Positions 1-8,244 of a stretch of 32,000 nt of DNA are shown in pieces (positions within the stretch are counted from its first letter, which is position 1; each line of letters begins with the position of its first letter). Position numbers and translations under genes: made by a program. Origin of the DNA: Halogeometricum borinquense DSM 11551 (GTDB lineage Archaea > Halobacteriota > Halobacteria > Halobacteriales > Haloferacaceae). Under the pieces are notes generated by a model. It was not told where the DNA came from. It searched no databases and worked only from the letters and a program-made list of their open reading frames with translations. Location: the NCBI RefSeq assembly GCF_000172995.2, contig NC_014729.1:1770001-1802000 (forward strand), read 5' to 3'.

Positions 1-294
1 TTCGATTTCGACGTGGAGACTCTCGGGGAACTCCATGTGGCCTACCTCGCGGGCGATGTGGTCGTTCCCGTGGATTTCGAGTTTCCGCGAGTAGACGGTG
101 TAGTTCCACGAGGAGAACTCGTCGCCGGGTTCGAGGTTGCGGTACTGCGGGACGGTGTGTTGCTCCGGCGGTGACGCGTGCGGTCCTTTGCACTCTGCAC
201 CTTTCCGTTCGAGCATCTCTTGCAGGTCTGATACCTGTTCTTCCAGTTCGTACCGGTTGCCGCTCTGGAAGGTGAGCTTAGTGACGAAGGTCAT
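1..294 (-). CDS. uS10/mL48-family (ribosomal protein S10-like) paralogue; C-terminus cut by the window edge
   Basis: Not in the ORF track because there is no stop in the window. The reverse complement of 1-294 starts with ATG (292-294) and reads MTFVTKLTFQSGNRYELEEQVSDLQEMLERKGAECKGPHASPPEQHTVPQYRNLEPGDEFSSWNYTVYSRKLEIHGNDHIAREVGHMEFPESLHVEIE without a stop. Size and the KG-x-x-x-KGPH pattern match S10-fold paralogues as I remember them from haloarchaea. Confidence 0.65.
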   Translation of the reverse strand, partial: MTFVTKLTFQSGNRYELEEQVSDLQEMLERKGAECKGPHASPPEQHTVPQYRNLEPGDEFSSWNYTVYSRKLEIHGNDHIAREVGHMEFPESLHVEIE

Positions 295-440
295 GGCTGG
301 CGTTAGCCATAGGTGGACTGCAAAGCGTAAAAGCGCACCTACACGGTCGTCCCGTGCGGCGCACTCACGAACGCCCACTTCGCTGTCGCTGAGCGTGTCG
401 GTGAGTGGAAGAATACCTACCCACATCCACCGATAGCCTC

Positions 441-446
441 TTAAAA
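441..446 (+). promoter_or_regulatory. TATA-like box (TTAAAA) about 25 nt upstream of the NUDIX ATG; implies a leaderless transcript
   Basis: TTAAAA at 441-446 and ATG at 469. The spacing fits the usual archaeal TATA-to-TSS distance. This is a sequence-only guess. Confidence 0.3.
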
Positions 447-468
447 CCCGACACATTTACGTACAGTA

Positions 469-930
469 ATGCCAGTGCAAGCGGTGAGCGCTGGAGCCAT
501 CCTCTTCCGCGACACCCGCGGCCGAAGGGAGTATTTGCTCCTGAAAAGCCGACCAGGGGACTGGGAGTTCCCCAAAGGCGGGGTCGAAGGGAAAGAGGAG
601 CTTCAGCAGACTGCCATACGTGAAGTCAAAGAGGAGGCGGGAATCCAAGAATTCCGTCTCGTCGATGGCTTCCGCGAAGATTACGACTACGTATTCGAAG
701 CGAACGGTAAAACAATCCACAAGACGGTACACCTGTTCATCGCCCGGTCGTTCGAGGCGAGTGCCGAACTCTCCACCGAACACCGGGACCTTCAGTGGCG
801 CGACTACGAGCAGGCTCTCAACACCATCACGCAGGACGGCCCGCGTGACATCCTGAAGAAGGCACACACCTATCTCGAAGACGTTGCCACCGAGGACGAA
901 GAAGACGGGACCCGACAGTACCTCGCCTGA
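469..930 (+). CDS. NUDIX hydrolase (Ap4A-hydrolase-like)
   Basis: 153-aa ORF with a complete Nudix box GGVEGKEELQQTAIREVKEEAGI (G-x5-E-x7-REUxEExGU) and the WEFPKG motif. Confidence 0.9.
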   Translation: MPVQAVSAGAILFRDTRGRREYLLLKSRPGDWEFPKGGVEGKEELQQTAIREVKEEAGIQEFRLVDGFREDYDYVFEANGKTIHKTVHLFIARSFEASAELSTEHRDLQWRDYEQALNTITQDGPRDILKKAHTYLEDVATEDEEDGTRQYLA

Positions 931-1222
931 CTGAGAGCCGTCCCGCGGGTATTCTGACACGTTCGGCCTGCCGTGAGAGTGACGTTGTGCCGCGTGACGA
1001 CGCGGTGTGAGTACTGTGCTGAACAACCCCGCGTGAGCGATGCCGCCGTTCGTCGGATCCGACGACCGCCGTCGAATCCGATACCGGTGTTGTATATCGA
1101 ACGAGCAGAACACGTCTAAGTGTCGGCTTCACCCTTCGGGGTCTCGCCTTGGTTATCTGTAGCCGTGGCGACCTACACGCGAACCCGAAATCGACTTCTC
1201 CCCGCAGATTCGACCGACGGAC

Positions 1223-2338
1223 GTGTATCCCGGAGACGCCGAGTTCGGCTTCGAGTTGCTTGTCTGTCGGTGGGCCGAGGCGGCATGGCCACCGGGCGAG
1301 TCGAGCGACGCCGTTGCGCGTGGGTCGGCGGACAGTCGGACGGCGTCCGAGGACGACGTTGAACACGGTTCGACGGGCAACTGGGTGAAATCCAGTGATG
1401 CCGTTCTCGTCGCGCGGCAACTCGGTACCAAGCGACGACGCTGGGACACCATCGTCATCGAGTGCGACCCTGCCGGACTCGCCGCGCGCGCGCAGTTCGG
1501 GGAACGCGAACTTGATTCGGACCTCCTGCACATCGTTCGCAACGCACCTGCGGAGTGGGCATGGTATCGGGACGCCCTGCCGTATCCGGGGTATCCGTGG
1601 CGCTACGTGCGTGCGGCCGTCCACCGCGCCGCCGGACGCGGCGTCGTTGAGAAACGTCGCAAGGGGAACCGCATCGAAATCCGCCGAATCGCGCCCTATC
1701 CCGATTGGGTACGGCGCATCGTCGCCATCGAGAACAAGCCGGACTTGGACGCATCCGCGGCGCGCGCCCTCTCGGGCCAACTGACGCGCGACGTGGAGAC
1801 GGCGCTCGCCGACGAAGTGTGGGTAGCGACGCACGCAACGGACAATCGCGTCGAACCCGCGCTCCTCGAAGATGTCCCCGTCGAAGTCGGTATCCTCGCG
1901 TTCTCGTTCGACGCAAGCGCCCCCGGCGACGAGTGGGCCGATGCGACGGTTGAGTGGCACCCGAGCGACGTAACGCCCGCCGACGCCGAAGCAGACGAGG
2001 ACCGCCGCACGACGCGCCTCGAACTCGCAGAGCGCGCGTACGGTTCGGGCTGGCGGTCGTATCACGACACGATGCGGCCCGACTGCCGTCACTTCGAACT
2101 CAGACGGTTCGGGCGCGCACTCGTCCCGCATTGTGCCGCGAAGGGGCGTCCACAGACCGCCGCGGAGTGCGCTGGCTCCTGTCCCGACTTCGAACCCGAG
2201 CCACCGGTGTGGCGAACTGGTGAGTGGCCCATCGCCGGCGGGCCGGGGAAGGGAATTAAGCGACTCCTGCGCGACCGACGCGGGTGGGTCAGAGAGCGCG
2301 AGTACGCGAACGAGGGGACAGACAGGGACTCAGAGTAG
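1223..2338 (+). CDS. conserved hypothetical protein (acidic; possible nuclease-like E/D/ExK pattern; C-terminal 4-Cys cluster)
   Basis: 371-aa ORF with a GTG start; the frame opens at 1163 and has no ATG before 1223. Acidic composition contrasts with the Arg/Pro-rich antisense ORF 827-2131. Motifs: EFGFELLVC, WDTIVIECD, IVAIENKPD, and C-x15-C-x11-C-x3-C near the C-terminus. Confidence 0.75.
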   Translation: MYPGDAEFGFELLVCRWAEAAWPPGESSDAVARGSADSRTASEDDVEHGSTGNWVKSSDAVLVARQLGTKRRRWDTIVIECDPAGLAARAQFGERELDSDLLHIVRNAPAEWAWYRDALPYPGYPWRYVRAAVHRAAGRGVVEKRRKGNRIEIRRIAPYPDWVRRIVAIENKPDLDASAARALSGQLTRDVETALADEVWVATHATDNRVEPALLEDVPVEVGILAFSFDASAPGDEWADATVEWHPSDVTPADAEADEDRRTTRLELAERAYGSGWRSYHDTMRPDCRHFELRRFGRALVPHCAAKGRPQTAAECAGSCPDFEPEPPVWRTGEWPIAGGPGKGIKRLLRDRRGWVREREYANEGTDRDSE

Positions 2339-2378
2339 CGGACAGACACGGACTCAGAGTAGCGGACAGACAGGGACG
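2316..2378. repeat. 24-bp tandem repeat, about 2.6 copies (GGACAGACASGGACTCAGAGTAGC)
   Basis: Units at 2316-2339 and 2340-2363 (1 mismatch), and a partial unit at 2364-2378. Unit 1 contains the TAG stop (2336-2338) of the upstream CDS. Confidence 0.9.
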
Positions 2379-2400
2379 TAATACGAACCCGGTCGGTGGC

Positions 2401-2476
2401 GGATGCGAGAGCGGGAGCGAGCAGAGATGTGGATGCGAGAACGGGAGCGAGCAGAGATGTGGATGCGAGCGCAGGC
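2401..2476. repeat. 30-bp tandem repeat, about 2.5 copies (GGATGCGAGARCGGGAGCGAGCAGAGATGT)
   Basis: Units at 2401-2430 and 2431-2460 (1 mismatch at 2441), and a degenerate partial unit from 2461. It lies in the convergent intergenic region. Confidence 0.9.
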
Positions 2477-2515
2477 GGATGGCGGCTGCGATAACGGACG
2501 TACGTAGGGAACTTT

Positions 2516-3019
2516 TCAGTCGGTCACTTCCACGTCAACCTCGTCGCGTTCGACGGCGAGGTGGAACGTGGGGACGGTTCGGTAGACGACTTCGACGACG
2601 CCCTTCCGTCGGAGGCTCTGGAGAGCGCGGCGGACGGCGTCAACATCTGGGTCCTCGTCGAATTCCTCTCGAATCTTGTTCAAGACGCTGACGACGCTCT
2701 CGGAGCGTTCGTCAGGTCCGGCGAGTACCTCGAACACGCGGGTTTCGAGGGCAGGAACACGGATGACTGATGGCACTTCGTCTTCGGACTCGCCGACTTC
2801 GACGCCGGGATCGACATCCACCAACTCGGCCGCTTCCGCCGTCGCGCGAATGAGACTGTTGTCGTCGCGGTAGTAGTATTCCTTGAGGTTGTTTTCGAGG
2901 TACTGGTGAACCTCACTCCCCGACTCCAATCCCCACTGTTCCTGTAACTCTTTGTTCTTCGTCGGTTGGAGGCGAACCACATCCGCCAACCGTTCTTTCG
3001 CTTCCTCAGAGAGGGTCAT
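2516..3019 (-). CDS. conserved hypothetical protein, probable winged-helix domains
   Basis: 167-aa acidic ORF with an ATG at 3019. The C-terminal part (VDAVRRALQSLRRKGVVEVVYRTVPTFHL) looks like a winged-helix wing. No enzymatic motif recognised. Confidence 0.75.
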   Translation of the reverse strand: MTLSEEAKERLADVVRLQPTKNKELQEQWGLESGSEVHQYLENNLKEYYYRDDNSLIRATAEAAELVDVDPGVEVGESEDEVPSVIRVPALETRVFEVLAGPDERSESVVSVLNKIREEFDEDPDVDAVRRALQSLRRKGVVEVVYRTVPTFHLAVERDEVDVEVTD

Positions 3020-3178
3020 ATCGTGGTCATTTACTGGGGGCGTAATAGTCCTGTTTCATGTCCGCCGCCACGTTCGACGCTCGTACTTTTCACATTGATT
3101 CCATACCACATGATAGCGTCGCCTTTCTCGCTCACCGTCGGGCGAACGTTTACCCTGTCGCCTTGCGTGCCATCGTCT

Positions 3179-3952
3179 ATGTCGTGGGACACGATCAGAC
3201 TCGACTGGGACGACGACGTAGCAACGCTGGTTATCGACCGACCCGACCAGATGAACGCGCTGAACGTTCAGACGCTGGACGCAATCGAGGAAGCACTCGC
3301 GGAAGCAGGCGAGAAGGAAGCACGGTGTCTCGTTGTCACCGGTGAGGGTGACGAGGCGTTCGTCGCCGGTGCCGACATTTCCTACATGACGGACCTCGGA
3401 CCCGCGGCGGCACAGGCGTACGCCGAACAGGGCCACCGCATTGCTTCGACCATCGAATCGTTCCCCGCGCCGACAATCGCCGCTGTCAACGGGTACGCCT
3501 TCGGCGGCGGCTGCGAACTTGCACTCGCCTGCGACCTCCGTGTCGCCTCCGAGCGCGCCCTCCTCGGACAGACGGAAATCGACCTCGGAATCATCCCCGG
3601 ATGGGGCGGAACTCAACGCCTCCCCGCCCTCGTCGGCGACGAACTCGCGCGGCGGATGATATTCTTCGGTGAGCGCGTGGACGCCACGGACGCCTTCGAG
3701 CGCGGACTTGTGGGTGAAGTCGTCGCGCACGACGAACTGCGCGACCACGTCGCCGAGATGGCCGAAGAACTGGCAGCGAAACCGAAGTTTGCACTCCGCG
3801 CAGCGAAGGAAGCACTCAACGCGTTCCACAACTCCCCACGTTCGACCGCCCTCGAACACGAGGCGCGGGCGTGGAGCGGTCTGTTCGGGACGCACGACCA
3901 ACGAGAGGGGATGAACGCGTTCGTCGAGAAACGAGACGCAGACTTCGAGTAA
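3179..3952 (+). CDS. enoyl-CoA hydratase/isomerase (crotonase family)
   Basis: The crotonase signature region AAVNGYAFGGGCELALACDLRVA, with GQTEIDLGIIPGWGGTQRL downstream of it. I chose ATG 3179 (MSWDTIRLDWDDDVATLVIDRP...) because the 71 upstream codons of ORF 2966-3952 look non-coding. Confidence 0.9.
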   Translation: MSWDTIRLDWDDDVATLVIDRPDQMNALNVQTLDAIEEALAEAGEKEARCLVVTGEGDEAFVAGADISYMTDLGPAAAQAYAEQGHRIASTIESFPAPTIAAVNGYAFGGGCELALACDLRVASERALLGQTEIDLGIIPGWGGTQRLPALVGDELARRMIFFGERVDATDAFERGLVGEVVAHDELRDHVAEMAEELAAKPKFALRAAKEALNAFHNSPRSTALEHEARAWSGLFGTHDQREGMNAFVEKRDADFE

Positions 3953-3979
3953 CGAGTCGCTTGCGACGTCCGGCGTGAA

Positions 3980-5515
3980 CTATTCGGCGTGGCTCCCGCC
4001 ACTGTGTCCGATGTTGCCCTCGCCGACGTTCGCCTCCGAATCAGAGTCCAACTCGCCGACAGCCGATTCGAGTCGCTCCATCGCCGATGCGATGTCGGCG
4101 ACGAGCGTGACTTGTTCGGCGTTCGCGTCCGCGGCGGTTTCGACTTCTTCTGCGACCTTTTTCGACCGTTCGGTGGCGGTATCGATCATGCTCGCGACCT
4201 CCTCGGTCCGGACGGCTTGATCGTCCGTCGCGCCAGCGATGTCTTCCATGCCGGTCGACGTCGCGTTCACCGCGTCGAGAATCGACTCTTGGTTGTCAAC
4301 CATCTCCCGAACCGCATCGGCGCTGCTACGGACTTCGTCAGTAACCGTTTCGATGCTGTTGACCGTCTCGCTGGCGTCCTCGCGGGTTTCGTGGATAATC
4401 TCCTCGATGCGCTCGGACTCGTTTTGCACCTCGTTCGCCAGCGATTTCACTTCGTTTGCGACGACAGCGAAGCCTTCGCCCGCCTCGCCCGCCCGCGCCG
4501 CCTCGATGTTCGCGTTCAGCGCGAGGATGTTCGTTTGATCGGCGATGTCGTTAATGACCTCGACAATGTCGTCAATTTCGGCCACCTGCTCTGCGAGTTC
4601 CCGCGTCTGCTCTGCGGCCTCCTCACCGCTTTCGGCAACGTCTTCCATCCGTCCGACGGCGCGTTCGCCGGCCTCAGTACTTTCGGCCGCCAACCGTTCG
4701 GCCTCCTCGGAGCGTTCGTTTATCTCGTCGGCAGAGGCGGCTATCTGCTCGACTGTTGCCGAGAGCGACCCGACTTCGCCCGACACCTCCTCCATATTCT
4801 CGGCCTGCTCTTGAGCCATCGAGGATGCTTCGTGGACCGCATCGCCGACGCGTTCTGTGACATCCGTCGCCTGGTCAACAGTGTCCGTGACTTCCTCGGA
4901 GAGTGTCTCCTGTGCCTTCTTTATTTGATTTTGTTGTTTGACAACTGGCGTCACGTCTTCGACAATTTCGACTGCACCGACGCTCTCTCCGTCCGGTGCG
5001 AAAAATGGGATCGCCATCCCGCGAACCCAGCGCGTTCCTTTTGCCGTCGGGACTTCCCTGTAATCGTCCTCACGAATCACGTCGCCCGTTTGTTCGGCAG
5101 TCTGGGCGAGCGTTTTGTCTTTCCCTTCGGTCTGAAACACCTCGTAGGCGTCGCGTCCGATAACGTTGTCCGCGCCTCGCCCATATAGCTCTGAGACAGT
5201 ATCGTTAAAGTAGGTCAACTCGTGGTCGTCGTTTACGGCAAAGCCGGGTTGCGGAATATTATTGACGACCTGCTCGAAGAGGCCGCGCCAGTAATCCCGT
5301 TCGTAGCGCAGTCGCTCAAGTTCGTCTTCCGCGTCGGTATTCGGATGAAACCCACCGCTCGACCGAGTTGACGTGTCCTTTCCGTCACTCGAATCGCTCG
5401 CGTTGCTCGAATCATCCGACGTTTCGTCCACGGTGACCCCACCATCGGTTCGTCGCTCGGCGGTCTCCTCGTCCCGTTCTCCTTTCGCCCGTAACTTCCT
5501 AAGCAAGCCCCTCAT
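3980..5515 (-). CDS. soluble methyl-accepting chemotaxis transducer (Htr) with an N-terminal PAS domain
   Basis: Conserved signalling hairpin NILALNANIEAARAGEAGEGFAVVANEVKSLANE. PAS-like region (YWRGLFEQVVNNIPQPGFAVNDDHELTYFNDT...). No TM segment seen. The start is ambiguous (5515, 5539 or 5638). An AT-rich box at 5539-5545 sits about 27 nt upstream of ATG 5515. Confidence 0.9.
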   Translation of the reverse strand: MRGLLRKLRAKGERDEETAERRTDGGVTVDETSDDSSNASDSSDGKDTSTRSSGGFHPNTDAEDELERLRYERDYWRGLFEQVVNNIPQPGFAVNDDHELTYFNDTVSELYGRGADNVIGRDAYEVFQTEGKDKTLAQTAEQTGDVIREDDYREVPTAKGTRWVRGMAIPFFAPDGESVGAVEIVEDVTPVVKQQNQIKKAQETLSEEVTDTVDQATDVTERVGDAVHEASSMAQEQAENMEEVSGEVGSLSATVEQIAASADEINERSEEAERLAAESTEAGERAVGRMEDVAESGEEAAEQTRELAEQVAEIDDIVEVINDIADQTNILALNANIEAARAGEAGEGFAVVANEVKSLANEVQNESERIEEIIHETREDASETVNSIETVTDEVRSSADAVREMVDNQESILDAVNATSTGMEDIAGATDDQAVRTEEVASMIDTATERSKKVAEEVETAADANAEQVTLVADIASAMERLESAVGELDSDSEANVGEGNIGHSGGSHAE

Positions 5516-5647
5516 GGAAAAGAACGACTCCCCGCGCATAATAAACCTCACACGCTGAATATCAGTTTGGATAATCCCGCCCGTCGAACAACCCTCATCT
5601 GTGTGACTCACCCACAACCATAACTGTACTGACGGCAATGCTCAACT

Positions 5648-5905
5648 ATGGACGAACGGATCAAACTGAGCCGTATGGGGGACCGACTCGACGACCTCTC
5701 GTATCCGTTGACGAGGGACGACGCGGCTACCAAACTCGCGGATGTGACGATTCTCATGGCCGATGGCGAGGCGAACCTCGGTGAACTCGTCTCCGAGGTC
5801 GGGAGCGACTCGTTCACCTCGTCGGGCGATCTGTACGAGGAACTGCAGAACGTGATGCCCGTCGAAGCTATCGGCGAGCCCGGGCAGTCGGAGGGAGACG
5901 CCTGA
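5648..5905 (+). CDS. small acidic conserved hypothetical protein
   Basis: 85-aa ORF (MDERIKLSRMGDRLDDLSYPLTRDDAATKLADVTILMADGEANLGELV...). The composition is typical of haloarchaeal cytoplasmic proteins, and I recall similar roughly 80-aa proteins being conserved in Halobacteria. Confidence 0.7.
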   Translation: MDERIKLSRMGDRLDDLSYPLTRDDAATKLADVTILMADGEANLGELVSEVGSDSFTSSGDLYEELQNVMPVEAIGEPGQSEGDA

Positions 5906-5983
5906 GCGGTTCGGCTACCACACCACTTCCAGGCGGAGCATTCCCCGGCGCTTAAGTGTGAGAAGCGACTGCCTCAGGTAACA

Positions 5984-6307
5984 ATGGAGTTCTGCGACGA
6001 ATGCGGTTCGATGATGAAGACAGACGGCGGTGTCTGGGTCTGTGGTAGTTGTGGATTCGAGAAGGCACGAGACGCGGCACAGGAATCGCACATGACCTCG
6101 ACAGCTTCTCGGGAGGACTCGGAAATCGTTGACATGTCCGATGTTGACGACGCCGAGATCGGTCCAACGACAACGGTGAAGTGCCCCGAATGCGGTCACG
6201 ACCGCGCTCGCTACGAGATGAAACAGATTCGCTCCGCCGACGAGTCCGAGACGCGCTTTTTCACCTGTGTCGAGTGCAGTCACAAGTGGCGCGAGGACGA
6301 CCACTGA
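5984..6307 (+). CDS. tfs: transcription factor S (TFIIS/RpoM-type cleavage factor)
   Basis: 107 aa. N-terminal Zn ribbon CDEC...CGSC, C-terminal Zn ribbon CPECGH...CVEC, with the acidic-tip motif RSADESETRFF. Confidence 0.92.
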   Translation: MEFCDECGSMMKTDGGVWVCGSCGFEKARDAAQESHMTSTASREDSEIVDMSDVDDAEIGPTTTVKCPECGHDRARYEMKQIRSADESETRFFTCVECSHKWREDDH

Positions 6308-6437
6308 GAAAGGCGGGTTGTCCCACTCTCGGAACGAACAGCAATCGAACGTCTTCGTGTGAGTACCGACTGATCTGAACGTCGTCACCGACGAGATCTT
6401 TCTCTCCGACAGTCCGAGTTAAGTTCTTTCAGAACCT

Positions 6438-7040
6438 ATGACAGATATGCCGACGACTGGGCGGTATACTCCCGATGTTCCCATCCCTGACGGCTGGGAA
6501 CAGACGTCTTCGGAGACGGAGACAATGTTCAACGCGATGGTAGTTACGGTCCGCGCTCACACAACTGTTCTCGAAGACACCCGTCTCCGCGAGACGATTC
6601 GTGACCGTACCGGGATGGATGGGACGTGGCGGTTCTTCTTCGCCAGTCGGCTTCGCTTTCGCCCGAAGACGGGTATGTCGAGGACGCTCTCCCGATACGT
6701 CACCGAACGCGCAAACGACGGCTTCGTCAGCCAACTGCGAGAACGAGGCTTCCACGACGTGGAGACCACCGACTCCCGTCGGTTCGCTGTTGGCAAGTCT
6801 GAAGCAGATCTGACGCAGTATCGCGCCCACGTCGTGATGACTACCGACGCGGAGCGATCAGTAGACGTGACCGCCGAGGGTTGCCTTGCGGTGTGGCCGA
6901 CAGATGGCGGCTTTCTGTTGGCCGGTGGTGCATACCCACTGACAGTCGAAAGCGGCGTGCTGGATGGCACCGTAGAGACGTTTCTCGCACCCGAAACGCA
7001 CAGAGAAGAGCTGTTAGAGATGATTCGCTCGGTCGAGTGA
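6438..7040 (+). CDS. hypothetical protein
   Basis: 200-aa ORF with an ATG start and acidic composition. The overlapping ORFs are Arg/Ser-rich. No motif recognised. Confidence 0.65.
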   Translation: MTDMPTTGRYTPDVPIPDGWEQTSSETETMFNAMVVTVRAHTTVLEDTRLRETIRDRTGMDGTWRFFFASRLRFRPKTGMSRTLSRYVTERANDGFVSQLRERGFHDVETTDSRRFAVGKSEADLTQYRAHVVMTTDAERSVDVTAEGCLAVWPTDGGFLLAGGAYPLTVESGVLDGTVETFLAPETHREELLEMIRSVE

Positions 7041-7055
7041 CGAACCCAGTGACGG

Positions 7056-7784
7056 TTACTCGTACCGTGCGAAGACGAGGTAGCCCGTGTGGCCGACGCC
7101 GGCTGTGGACGGGCGTGAGCCGCGTTCTTCGAAGTCCATCCGCCGTTGAATGGTCTCGAACGTCTCCACTTCGTTCAGTCCCGCCTCGCGCGCCGCCTCG
7201 ACGGCAGCACGACTGTTCTCTACGAACGGCGAGTAGACGGCGACGTAGCCGCCAGAGCGGAGCAGTTCAGGCGCATGGGCGACCACGTCAGCGGCGTCGC
7301 CGGTATCGAGCGTCAGGAGGTCGAACGGTCCTTCTTCGGCCACCGAATCGAGTTCCTCGGTCACGTCGCCGGCGCGAACGTCCACGTACTCCTCGACGCC
7401 CGCAAGGCGCATGTTCTCGCGGGCGACATCGGCAAAGTCGGGATCGCGCTCGTACGTCGTGACTTCGGCGTGCATCCGGCCGAGGTAGGCCGAGAGGACG
7501 CCCGTTCCGGTTCCGGCGTCGAGGACGCGGTCACCCGCGGCCGCACCGGTGTGGCCGACGATGAGGCCGATGTCACGCGGCATCATCGGTGCGCCGGTTC
7601 GTTCGAGGTGATTGAACAGATCGGGACCGCGGAGTCGTCGGACCACGAACTCTTCGCCGAGATGTGTCTCGACGGTGTCGCCGGGCTCGGCATCTTCCGG
7701 GACGGTTAGGACGCCGAGATCGGTCTGGAGTTCGTCGCCGGGCGCGCGAAGGTACTCGCGGTCCTCGTGGACGAGCAGGTACAC
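7056..7784 (-). CDS. trmI: tRNA (adenine-N1)-methyltransferase, TrmI/GCD14 family
   Basis: 242 aa with the SAM motif VLDAGTGTGVLSAYL and a GCD14-like N-terminal domain. The start codon abuts the stop of the upstream nac gene (7785). Confidence 0.85.
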   Translation of the reverse strand: MYLLVHEDREYLRAPGDELQTDLGVLTVPEDAEPGDTVETHLGEEFVVRRLRGPDLFNHLERTGAPMMPRDIGLIVGHTGAAAGDRVLDAGTGTGVLSAYLGRMHAEVTTYERDPDFADVARENMRLAGVEEYVDVRAGDVTEELDSVAEEGPFDLLTLDTGDAADVVAHAPELLRSGGYVAVYSPFVENSRAAVEAAREAGLNEVETFETIQRRMDFEERGSRPSTAGVGHTGYLVFARYE

Positions 7785-8180
7785 TTATTCGAGGCGCGAG
7801 ATGGCGGCCGCCAAGTCGCCGTTTTCAGCTTCCAGCGCTTCGCGCGCGTCGCTTTTGCCGACGCCAGCGCGTTGGGCGACGAGTTCCACGTCAGACTCGG
7901 GAATCTCCTCGTCACCGCCCACGTCGGACGACTCGTCGGCCGACTCGACGGCTGACGCGTCGTCACCGCTCCCGAGTTCGCGCGACTCGGGTTGACCGAC
8001 GATCTGATACGTCTCTTGGCCCTGCGCGTCCATGCGCGTGACCTGCGCGTCGGTGAAGACGAGTTCTTCGTCGGCCGTCTTGATGACGACCTCCTCGGCA
8101 TCGAGTTCCGTCACGTCGATGCCCATCTGTTTCATCATCTGTTTCATCTTCCGGGGGTTCATACCGCCTCCGCCAAACAT
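7785..8180 (-). CDS. nac: nascent polypeptide-associated complex protein (NAC) with a C-terminal UBA domain
   Basis: [35 protein letters not shown]... is the archaeal NAC signature. The C-terminal [21 protein letters not shown] is UBA-like. I chose ATG 8180; the longer ORF to 8642 is a Ser/Pro/Thr-rich extension that overlaps the neighbouring gene. Confidence 0.9.
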   Translation of the reverse strand: MFGGGGMNPRKMKQMMKQMGIDVTELDAEEVVIKTADEELVFTDAQVTRMDAQGQETYQIVGQPESRELGSGDDASAVESADESSDVGGDEEIPESDVELVAQRAGVGKSDAREALEAENGDLAAAISRLE

Positions 8181-8244
8181 ACTCGCAGGGACGGCCCCCG
8201 GCGGCAAAAAGGGTGGCGAAGCGCCGCGGTCGTCGCGTTTGTAA

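Noticed and set aside
827-2131. 434-aa ORF on the minus strand
   Set aside because: It lies antisense to the acidic 1223-2338 ORF and overlaps the 3' end of the NUDIX gene. The translation is Arg/Pro/Gly-rich with no motif, the typical shadow ORF of GC-rich DNA.
2401-2476. Possible mini-CRISPR array (30-bp repeats)
   Set aside because: The repeat units are directly adjacent with no spacers. There are only about 2.5 copies, and there is no leader or cas gene. It is a plain tandem repeat.
2966-3178. N-terminal extension of the enoyl-CoA hydratase ORF
   Set aside because: The 71 extra codons overlap the divergent promoter region and the start of the 2516-3019 gene. They have non-acidic, hydrophobic/Pro-rich composition. 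Crotonase homology starts at MSWDTIRL.
3989-5188. 399-aa ORF on the plus strand
   Set aside because: It lies antisense to the transducer gene, which carries an unmistakable MCP signalling motif. The translation is Arg/Leu/Phe-rich and motif-free.
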